Positions 1 through 8,700 of a DNA stretch of 37,019 bases are shown one piece after another (within the stretch, counting starts at the first letter, position 1; the number at the start of each line of letters is the position of its first letter). Below the pieces are notes generated by a model, which was given only the letters and a program-made list of their open reading frames with translations, ran no database searches and was not told the origin of the DNA. The translations under genes were made by a program, and so were the position numbers. The stretch is from a virus (taxonomy: Duplodnaviria > Caudoviricetes): positions 1 to 37,019 of the IMG/VR virus record IMGVR_UViG_3300019765_000010; one strand, given 5' to 3'.

Positions 1-1097
1 ACCTTATCAAACACAGGCACACAAACCAATCCAAACGTCTTCTCAGCGCCTCCTAGGCGGATCACACGCCCGATTGACTGGGAGATTCCGATGTAGTCCA
101 TGTTCCGCATGAATAGGACTGCTTCCAGACCGCTGACGTTGATGCCCTCAGACAGGATGCTGTGGTGCAGAACCACAAACTTTTTCTCAGGGTCTTTGCC
201 CCAGGTGTTCAGAGTGTCAAAGAATACCTCACGATTGACCTTCTGACCATCAATAATTGCACCAGTCTTGCTAGTGATATACATGCAAGAATATCCACGT
301 TCTTTGAGTTGAAGTGCAAAGTCAGACTCACTCAGAAGTTTGACAATTTGCTTGGTAGAACGTGCGGCAATCAGAATCTTATTCAGAGAGTTCTCATCAA
401 TCGTCTCAAGCAGATTCTGACAATCAGACTGGCGAAAATCACCCTGAGGAAGTTCCTTGACAACAACCTTAGGAGGAAGAATGTAACCTTCTTCTACCAG
501 TTTAGGTGCAGGAACATTACAGATGACCTGACCATAAACTGCACCGTCATTCATTCCTGGCTTGAAAACAGTAAGAGAATGCTTAGGAGTAGCAGTGAAG
601 AAGTAACACCGATCAGACTCAGAAGCAAAGTGTTCCGTAGCAGGGAAAAAGTTTCTCTGCACAGAATTATGCGCCTCATCAAAGTAAATCGTATTGACCT
701 CAATGTCTGCCTCCTGCAAACGATGCAAAGAATGATAAGTGGTGAAGATGATTACATTCTCACCAGCAGTTCTAGCAGTATTTACAAACAGATTGATTTT
801 TTCTGCTTTTGTTGTGGAGAAGTGTGAAGTCTCACCACTATGAACGTGCAGAATGTGAGCATTATGAGAAGGAGTAACCAACTCAAGAAACTCAGAACAA
901 AGTTGCTCAGCAAGCAAAATACGAGGAGCAACAACAACAAAAGTTTGCCCGTGATGCCTGACTTCCATGTTAGTAATGGCGTCATCAATCATACAAATAG
1001 TCTTGCCACCACCCGTAGGAATGATCACTTGACCTTTGTTATTCTGCCACATCGCATTGACTGCTTCACGCTGATGGGGTCGCAAAGTGATGGTCAA
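1..1097 (-). CDS. SF2 DEAH-box helicase (ResIII/type III Res-like), 3' end truncated by the window edge
   Basis: Not in the ORF track; translated by hand from TTG at 1097 (GGAGG at 1102-1106). It reads LRPHQ...IPTGGGKT (motif I)...VVVAPRILLAEQ...FTTYHSL...YFDEAHN (motif II)...FTATP (motif III). Confidence 0.9.
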   Translation of the reverse strand, partial: MTITLRPHQREAVNAMWQNNKGQVIIPTGGGKTICMIDDAITNMEVRHHGQTFVVVAPRILLAEQLCSEFLELVTPSHNAHILHVHSGETSHFSTTKAEKINLFVNTARTAGENVIIFTTYHSLHRLQEADIEVNTIYFDEAHNSVQRNFFPATEHFASESDRCYFFTATPKHSLTVFKPGMNDGAVYGQVICNVPAPKLVEEGYILPPKVVVKELPQGDFRQSDCQNLLETIDENSLNKILIAARSTKQIVKLLSESDFALQLKERGYSCMYITSKTGAIIDGQKVNREVFFDTLNTWGKDPEKKFVVLHHSILSEGINVSGLEAVLFMRNMDYIGISQSIGRVIRLGGAEKTFGLVCVPVFDK

Positions 1098-1120
1098 GTG
1101 CCCTCCGTATCAATACATGT

Positions 1121-1173
1121 ATTATAGCAGAAAACCGCCCACCAGGAAACCCAGTGGACGGTCTGCGAACTGG
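1121..1173 (-). promoter_or_regulatory. Stem-loop plus extended -10 promoter (TGCTATAAT) upstream of the helicase
   Basis: Minus strand reads CCAGTT..ACCGTCCACTGG-GTTTC-CTGGTGGGCGGT-TTTC-TGCTATAAT. The hairpin has 12 bp including 3 G-U pairs, and there is no canonical -35. Confidence 0.65.
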
Positions 1174-1176
1174 ATG

Positions 1177-2235
1177 TCAGTTCTGGAGTGTTACCAAATC
1201 ACCACGATCAAGGTCTACCAGATGTGGCAATCGATAACCATAAGACAAGTAAGAACGAATCCGTGATGCTTCATTCTTACCTAGAATTTTACCAAAGTTT
1301 TCAATGTAATCTTCAATCTCATCCATACGCTCACGAATCAGATGCAGAACTCCAATCTCATCGTCTACATTGTTTGTATTCACATAGAAGTGAATAGTTG
1401 TAGAGATTCCATTTGCAGCATCTTCGAAGAACTGTGGAAAAAAGTCACGATAAACATGAACTGGACCCATAGCACTTACAAGACGATCAACACTAGAACC
1501 ACGAACATCAGCAGCAGTGCTTTGAATCTTGATTCCTTTCTTGGAGAAGAAGCGAATACCCTCACCACGGGTAAAGTTTGCAAGGAAGGTTTTCTTCTCA
1601 GTTGCGTTGTAGATTGCCTTTACAAGGCGTTCTTGAGTATCGGGAGTCTCAAAATCTGCGTACTCTTGTACCCAGTTACGAACTTCAGTTTCAGTTACGC
1701 GAGCATCTTCACGCAAAGAGTTTTGTTCGATCACCCACAAAATACCCCGTGCTTTGTAATCATCAAAGCAAGATGATGTACCTTCGGGACGAGGTTGATA
1801 CTTCAACCCAATCTCATTGATGACATCATTCTTTGAGAATCCCACTTTGGGAACTACTTTCAGAACAGGAACATAAGGAACTTGATGCTCATCAAACCAA
1901 CGGAAACGGTGGTTTCCATTCACAGGTTCATCATCATCATCAAAGACAAAAGGAGGAAGTTTGTTGATATTCCAACCAGGAGTCAGGTTCTTGTCAACGA
2001 TGTCATATACATTTTTATCATTACCCCGAACACGACCCACATTTGCCTGTCCAAGTTTGCGAGCAGCATCAACAGCAATAACTGTACACGATACTACTTC
2101 ACAAGTTTTGTATTCAAGAGTCTTGATAATTTCCTTATGATACATCTCAGCGAGTTCATAGAGGATACCAGATTCCTTAAAATTGTCCCAAGAGATAAAA
2201 CCACTGGGAATCGTAATTTCGTTAAAGATAGTCAT
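1177..2235 (-). CDS. Hypothetical protein with ParB/Sulfiredoxin-like N-terminal motif
   Basis: Long ORF; likely start ATG 2235 (MTIFNE). PPFVF...EPVNGNHRFRWF...YVPV resembles the ParB/Srx GxxR nucleotide-binding motif. Confidence 0.55.
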   Translation of the reverse strand: MTIFNEITIPSGFISWDNFKESGILYELAEMYHKEIIKTLEYKTCEVVSCTVIAVDAARKLGQANVGRVRGNDKNVYDIVDKNLTPGWNINKLPPFVFDDDDEPVNGNHRFRWFDEHQVPYVPVLKVVPKVGFSKNDVINEIGLKYQPRPEGTSSCFDDYKARGILWVIEQNSLREDARVTETEVRNWVQEYADFETPDTQERLVKAIYNATEKKTFLANFTRGEGIRFFSKKGIKIQSTAADVRGSSVDRLVSAMGPVHVYRDFFPQFFEDAANGISTTIHFYVNTNNVDDEIGVLHLIRERMDEIEDYIENFGKILGKNEASRIRSYLSYGYRLPHLVDLDRGDLVTLQN

Positions 2236-2295
2236 TGTTTGCCTTTGGCATAGTGTGTATGTGGTTGTTTTGGCGAATCGCCCAACCACAAATGC

Positions 2296-2324
2296 AATAT
2301 ACGATGAATCTACTGCTTTGTCAA
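2296..2324 (-). promoter_or_regulatory. Sigma70-type promoter
   Basis: TTGACA-17 bp-TATATT upstream of the ParB-like ORF. Confidence 0.8.
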
Positions 2325-2336
2325 CCCCCTGAACGA

Positions 2337-2822
2337 TTAGAAGAACTTATCTAAAGATGCTTCGCTAGGATCGGTGTTCGGTTCTGGTGGAGTGTAATCC
2401 TTTGGTTTTGGTATCTTGCCCAAACCATGATCCTCTAAACCAACTTCTTCATTAAAAGAATAATCATACTCTAATGCATCAGCACAAACATAATGTGGAT
2501 GAGTTGTATCGACACCAAGATTGACACATAATTCCTTATGATTATCTTCCATCATTTCGACTGCATACAACATATTGTTCAGAATATGCTCTTCAGTATG
2601 ATATTCCAATAGTTTTTTCTTGAGTGCAATCAAAAAGTTTCCACATCCAGCAGAGTTGTCAATAAAAGTGCTCTCTGGATCTTGTAGTAATTCAATATCA
2701 ATATCATTGACCATACTCTCAACAAGTTCCATCGGTGTGAATACTTCTTGAGTTACTTTAATTCTTTCATCAGATCTTTCAATTGTAGATCCAACATCAA
2801 TATTATGTTTATTCTTTGCCAT
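2337..2822 (-). CDS. N6-adenine DNA methyltransferase, SAM-binding half (motifs X, I-III)
   Basis: QEVFTP (motif X), FIDNSAGCGNFL (motif I), LYAVE (II) and CADAL (III); no NPPY motif. Confidence 0.8.
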   Translation of the reverse strand: MAKNKHNIDVGSTIERSDERIKVTQEVFTPMELVESMVNDIDIELLQDPESTFIDNSAGCGNFLIALKKKLLEYHTEEHILNNMLYAVEMMEDNHKELCVNLGVDTTHPHYVCADALEYDYSFNEEVGLEDHGLGKIPKPKDYTPPEPNTDPSEASLDKFF

Positions 2823-3393
2823 CACGTTCTTCGATACATTTAATATAAGTAGAGATCAAATCATTCTTTCCAAAATGATATCGACCATTACACTGACCTG
2901 CTGCTTCTCTAAACTTATCAGCAAATTCTACCATATTATCTACTACCTTAGGATCTCGAACTTTGATAAAGTGATGTCCTTTAGCATAGTGAGTAAAGTT
3001 TTCTGTTTTAACTCTACCACTAGGTCCACAACCATATTCACCAACAAATACATCTGCTTCTTCTCTTCTCTCGTAAGGAAGAAACTCAAAATCAGGATGT
3101 TCTCTCATCATAGGAATTTCACCAACTCCTATTGCAAATCGTGAAGTATTTTTTACTTTCCAGTATTGTTTTACAGCACTAATACCACCAGGAAAAGTAG
3201 AAGGATCGAGATCTTCATCAACATCGCAATGAAGATGACCTACAATTTTATTTAAGGAAGAAGGTTTTCGTACTGAAGTAGGAAGAACAGCACGAATATC
3301 ATCAGTATGCTCTGACAACTTATTGAGAAACTTAATAGCAAGATTTCCACCAACACCATATGGTGGATTAATGATGGCTAAGCTAAATCTCAT
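2809..3393 (-). CDS. N6-adenine DNA methyltransferase, catalytic/TRD half
   Basis: Begins MRFSLAIINPPYG (motif IV), then FLNK...AVLP...TFPG; no SAM-binding motif I. Confidence 0.8.
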   Translation of the reverse strand: MRFSLAIINPPYGVGGNLAIKFLNKLSEHTDDIRAVLPTSVRKPSSLNKIVGHLHCDVDEDLDPSTFPGGISAVKQYWKVKNTSRFAIGVGEIPMMREHPDFEFLPYERREEADVFVGEYGCGPSGRVKTENFTHYAKGHHFIKVRDPKVVDNMVEFADKFREAAGQCNGRYHFGKNDLISTYIKCIEERDGKE

Positions 3394-3419
3394 ATTTTTT
3401 CTTCAAACCTAACAAAGAT

Positions 3420-3448
3420 ACTCTAGCAACGATAGAGTACCTTGTCAA
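3420..3448 (-). promoter_or_regulatory. Sigma70-type promoter with overlapping inverted repeat
   Basis: TTGACA-17 bp-TAGAGT; TACTCTA-N7-TAGAGTA inverted repeat at 3419-3439. Confidence 0.65.
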
Positions 3449-3457
3449 GCCCCTTTA

Positions 3458-5767
3458 TCAACGAGTATGAGATACGTTAACAAATGCAGGTATTGCCATG
3501 TTACTTACAGTAGATCCAATTCCAACATGTAAGTAGTTATTCTCTTCACCCGTAATACCTGTTGCAGCAATACTTACAGAAGAGAAAGTGGTTGCTGAAC
3601 CAATTGCACCCAATCTTATTTGTCCAGAGAGGATTGCTTGTGAAGAATGAGTTTCAATTCCTGTTATAGAGTTAAGATTAACTACACCACTTACCATTAA
3701 ATATGGTGTAGTTGAAGATGGATCTAAATGTTTAAACTCAACATATCCAGTTGCTGATATATATCTTCCAAATTCATTTCCACCTAGTAATCCACTAGAA
3801 ACTCCCACAAAACATCCTAGAATATCAGTACTTGTCCAGTCCTCTCTTGTCGATGAAAATACGGGAGATGAATATGATTGCCCATAGAATTGTGACGGAC
3901 TATAAGGGAAGTGAAGCATTGTAAATCCATCATAATTATTTGTTTGATCATTGACTCTAAGTCTAAATCCTCGTTGACCAATACCAGTAGAAAGATTAGT
4001 AAAACTTACTCTAGTTGTTGTTGCCCAAGAAGGAACATCAAATGAAATACTTGCAGTTGTTCCAATTCCAACCCAATTGGGATTATTATTCGCAGTAGTT
4101 CCAACTCCAACAGAGGTTGGTATTGATGTGATGCCAGTAATAGTTGATGATCCAAAAGAAACTGCTCTATTAAATTCTGCAGTTTGATTGACAATTAGTT
4201 TTAATTCTGTTCCGTCAACTTCATCCGTATATGTTGCACCTGTTCCTATTCTTACATCTTTATTGATGGTTAAATCCTGATCAAGAACTAAATTTCCTCG
4301 GATAGTACATCCAGTTCCAATAATTAAACTATTATCTCCAAAAAGCGTTGTTATTGTTCCGATTGCAACAGTTTTGCCAACACCTGCACCACTAAGATTG
4401 ATACCATTAAATCCAACTTCTTGAATTATATGTAATTCTCTTAAAGTGGTAATACCAGAAGTTGAATGTAAATTTTGGTCGGGATTAATTGGAAAAGTTT
4501 GAGTTCCTCCAGTAAGTGTAAATGGACTACCATCAGAATTAATAGTCAAAGAACCTGTTACAGAAGAACCACCACCAATTTTTGCACTTCCAATGACTTC
4601 TAAAGAATGACCATCTGCTGGATCAATATTTTTATTGATCGCTACTTTTCCTTCATTAGTAATTGTGAATACTCTAGAGTTATCCCTTTTAAGAACAATA
4701 CCTCCATCTCCACTATTAGTTGTAGTTACATCAAATTGAATATCCTTTCCAGAATAATTTTTTAGTGATAAAATATCTGTACTGGAATCATATTTTATAT
4801 CTGCTTGTTCAACAGTGCTACTTCCTAAAGTAAGTTTTGAATTACTATTAGAACCAGATGTCAGTTTTACTGCAGCATTAGCATTATTGTATACTTCTAT
4901 TGCTTCTGATGGATTGGTAGTACCAATTCCAATATTACCTGCTTTAATTACGGAAACATTGTTATTTGTTGTTACTGCTGCTCCAACCTGAATTGCTTGT
5001 TCTGGAGATTCTGTTCCTATTCCAATATAAGTAGCTTTTAATCTTGATACAGTTGTAACTCCAACAGTAATATCTGGAGTTCCTGTCAATGTTTGGGCAG
5101 TTGATGCAGTTCCAGTAAGAGTTCCAGTAACTGTTAACGCCGATCCAATGTTAACATTATTAAATGTACTAATACCAGTAGTAATATTAATATTGGAAGT
5201 AACTAGATTTGGTAAATGATCATCTCCAATAACGCCACTAAGGTCATTAACATCAACTGTTCCTGAGAATGAGGATGCAGTTATAATTCCCGTTGCCTTT
5301 ATATTACCACCAGTAACTCCAATACCAGTTTCACCGACAATAGATGGATTTCCACCAACTGTAAGTTGATACTCAGTAGGTGCATCTGTATGTATTCCTA
5401 CATTTAGAGAAGTGCTTATGCCATAGGCAGTTGGATTGACAATCCAACCAACTGTCGAATAACCAACAACATTACTAATACTTGGAGAAGTTCCAATCTT
5501 TATATTTGGAGCAAAAATCGTATTAGTTGAAGGATCAAAAGTAATTCCAGTTCCAATTAATACATTATTTTGAAACGTTGAAATGCCTGATGAAAAATAT
5601 CCAGAAGCAGATGCAATACCAGAAATACTAGCATTTCCCCTCAAGTCAAGATTATTTGTAGGAATGTTCGTGCCAATACCAATTAATCCATTCGTATTTA
5701 CAACGAAGTTATCATTATCAACTTGTACACCATTACGAAAACTAAATGACTTCTTATAATTTGCCAT
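3458..5767 (-). CDS. Virion structural/tail fibre-like protein (GIGT-repeat cyanophage family)
   Basis: 769 aa and G/T/S/I rich, with repeated (V/I)GIGT and GI(S/T)T motifs; late promoter upstream. Confidence 0.75.
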   Translation of the reverse strand: MANYKKSFSFRNGVQVDNDNFVVNTNGLIGIGTNIPTNNLDLRGNASISGIASASGYFSSGISTFQNNVLIGTGITFDPSTNTIFAPNIKIGTSPSISNVVGYSTVGWIVNPTAYGISTSLNVGIHTDAPTEYQLTVGGNPSIVGETGIGVTGGNIKATGIITASSFSGTVDVNDLSGVIGDDHLPNLVTSNINITTGISTFNNVNIGSALTVTGTLTGTASTAQTLTGTPDITVGVTTVSRLKATYIGIGTESPEQAIQVGAAVTTNNNVSVIKAGNIGIGTTNPSEAIEVYNNANAAVKLTSGSNSNSKLTLGSSTVEQADIKYDSSTDILSLKNYSGKDIQFDVTTTNSGDGGIVLKRDNSRVFTITNEGKVAINKNIDPADGHSLEVIGSAKIGGGSSVTGSLTINSDGSPFTLTGGTQTFPINPDQNLHSTSGITTLRELHIIQEVGFNGINLSGAGVGKTVAIGTITTLFGDNSLIIGTGCTIRGNLVLDQDLTINKDVRIGTGATYTDEVDGTELKLIVNQTAEFNRAVSFGSSTITGITSIPTSVGVGTTANNNPNWVGIGTTASISFDVPSWATTTRVSFTNLSTGIGQRGFRLRVNDQTNNYDGFTMLHFPYSPSQFYGQSYSSPVFSSTREDWTSTDILGCFVGVSSGLLGGNEFGRYISATGYVEFKHLDPSSTTPYLMVSGVVNLNSITGIETHSSQAILSGQIRLGAIGSATTFSSVSIAATGITGEENNYLHVGIGSTVSNMAIPAFVNVSHTR

Positions 5768-5783
5768 CTTATACGTTTTTTAG

Positions 5784-8700
5784 TTATTTATTAATATCAT
5801 TAAGTTTTTGTTCTAGATTATCAACCTTTGTAGAAAGTTCCTTAATTGCCTCTACAAGCAGTGGTACTACCTTATGATAATCTACTGCAAGATATCCATT
5901 ATCTCTTGTTACAACTGCTTCTGGAAGCACCTGCTCAATTTCCTGTGCGATCAGACCAACATCATGTCCAGTCTTATTAGATTTTTCATTCCAATCAAAT
6001 GTGTTGCCACTAATCGAAACGACCTTATTAAGTGGTTGCTCGATTGTATTGATATTATCTTTCAATCTTTCATCAGAAGTCCAGAATGCAGTAATGTCAT
6101 CGGTGACACTTAAGAATCCTGCAATTGTAGTATGAGTGTTAATCGCAACGGAATTAGTAACTCCCATGAAAGTCCCACCTAAGGTCAAACTTGGGAATTT
6201 TCCATTTCCACCTAAAGTACTAGATCTTACTGTAAGAATACCGGAAGAAGGAGAAACACTATTATTATCAAACTTGACGCCAGCAAATTCAGAACTTCCA
6301 TTTACAGTAATTCCTTCACCAATGTTAACTGATTTTGCAATACCAACTCCACCTGATACTATCAGTGCGCCTGTTGTTTCATCAACAGATTCTATATCAT
6401 TATTAATTTCCAAATTGTTTCCAATAACTTTTACGTCATTGTTAAATGTTACCGGACCATCAAACTGAGAAAGAATTTGTTTAGATTTTCCACCTTCAAC
6501 TTTAAGTCTTTCTTTGATTGTAATTTCATCAAAAATTGAACTTAATCTTGAAGGATCTTCACCAGTTACTGTTGGAACTGGTGCGTCAAAAGTTTTTTCT
6601 TCACCTGTTGCTGAAGTAACTCTCTTATTACCAATAAAGAAGTCACCATCATTGTTCATGCCAGTATAAACAACTGCTCCGCATGATTTTTCTTTTGATT
6701 GTGATAAGAATTCTTCTCTTTCAGTAAGTGATCTAACTTGAACTTGTGGAAGACCTGTTGAATAGTTTCCTGGACCGTATCCAAGATATTCAAAGGTATG
6801 ACCAGATGCACGAATAATAGATGGTCTTCGGAATTCAATAGGAATTGGTTTAATCTTCTTAATTTTAGATCCATTAGCATGATTTGTTTTTTGAGTTCCA
6901 AAATAACCACGAATAACTGTAATTGTTGCGGGTGAAGAGAAAGCACCCGAAATTCTCATAATCTCACCATCAATTTGAATATAATCACCCAATTTAAATC
7001 TATTTGGAATAGAACCGGAAGCAACAGATATTGTAAATGAAGACTGATCAACAATATCTTGAGTTAATGTTGCTGTTTCTCCAGCATACAGAGAATTGGA
7101 GCGAATACCAAAGTTTTGATTTCCTGCCTCACTTACTGCTTCATTGGAATCAAGAGCATGTTTAAGAACTTTTCCTCCATCAACACTAAATGTTGATGCT
7201 GAATCTGATGTTTGTACGGTAAATGTATTGATACCGACCTTACTCTTAACGATATAAGATCCTACTCTATTATTGTTAGAATCTAAGATAGAAACTCTAT
7301 GTCCAGCAAGCAATCCATGTGCAGAACTGCAATTGAATGTAATAATATTATTTGTTCCAGAAACACTTAAACTTGTGGTGGCAATACTCGTTGCTGTCTC
7401 ATTAACATATAGATATTGATCTGTAGTAAATTCAGGATCTCCTGCCGTCATTGCAATGGAAACTTGATCTTTTCCTGGAATACTAGTGATGCAATAATGT
7501 CCATCAGATACTGAACCATCTCCAGTAACTTGAACAATTGTATTCGTTGGATCTGAAATGTTTGAAGAAGCAACAGCGATTTCTGCTTGTGTTCCTGCAT
7601 TGAATCCTAGTTTAGGATCATCTAAGTAATATGTTCCAGCAGAGTATCCAGAACCCGAAGATATAATATCAACGGTGCTAATAGAATTAGATTGTACAAC
7701 TACTTTAGCAGTCGCACCATTCCAAATTGTTCTGGAACTATTATTATAGATCTTAACGTTATAATAAGTTCCATTGACATAAGTAGTTCCTGCAGTGGAT
7801 ATTGTAACATCAACAAGTCCAGAGAGATTATGATCTTTCTCCAAGGTAAATGTTGTGATACCTGCAATATTATCTCTAGCAATACTAGAAATATTCTTAC
7901 CATGATCAAATTTTGTTATAAAGTCATCAATTGCTTCCCTAGTGATACTTTTCTTAAGATCGTTAGTAATAACATCACCAATTGGTGCTCTTTTTGCAAA
8001 AGATCTTGATGCATTAGGATTATCATTCGGATTATCCCTATCATTTTCTGGATAAAGGTTTACTACATTTTGACTGAAGTTTTCAGTAGAAAATTCTCCA
8101 CTTGAAGTATCGATAGTATTATTTGCTTTAACGGCATAGATATGATAAACTCCATCTTGAGTATCTTCGACATAATCAGATAAAATTTCATTTCTATAAA
8201 CATAGAGATTTGTTTGCAAATCTTTGCGCTCGAATCTTGGAAGTGATATATTTCTAGTGTTTGAATCATTCTGGAATGCCTGAATTGGCGAAGTTACTGG
8301 ACTATGATTAACTCCAAATACATCAGTGGTTGAATATGTAAATTGATTTGTACCTATTCCAGTAACAACAAACTTGCCATTATATCCTAAATTATCTTCA
8401 CCAGCAGTATTATCACCACTTTGAACACCTTTAATAACAACGGTGTCATTAACATTTAAATTGTGTGGTAAATCTGTTACTGCAGTAATTTCATTTGATG
8501 AAACAGAACATGTGCTGATAAACCTAGGATTTCTCTTATAATCGTATAAATGAACACCACCACTCTCAATTGTAGTAGCAGTAAATTCTGAAGTAGTTGG
8601 TGTTATTGAAATATTTGTGGAACTAGATTCTTGAATAACAAATCCATCTTCTGGATTTTTAGAATTACGTGCTTCTCTTGGAATTACGACTCTTAAAATA

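Noticed and set aside
162-1127. + strand ORFs 162..827 and 840..1127, and - strand ORF 782..988
   Set aside because: Shadow or alternate frames of the minus-strand helicase, which carries clear SF2 motifs.
1188-2253. Several + strand ORFs of 69-144 aa
   Set aside because: Antisense to the ParB-like gene, with no motifs or promoters.
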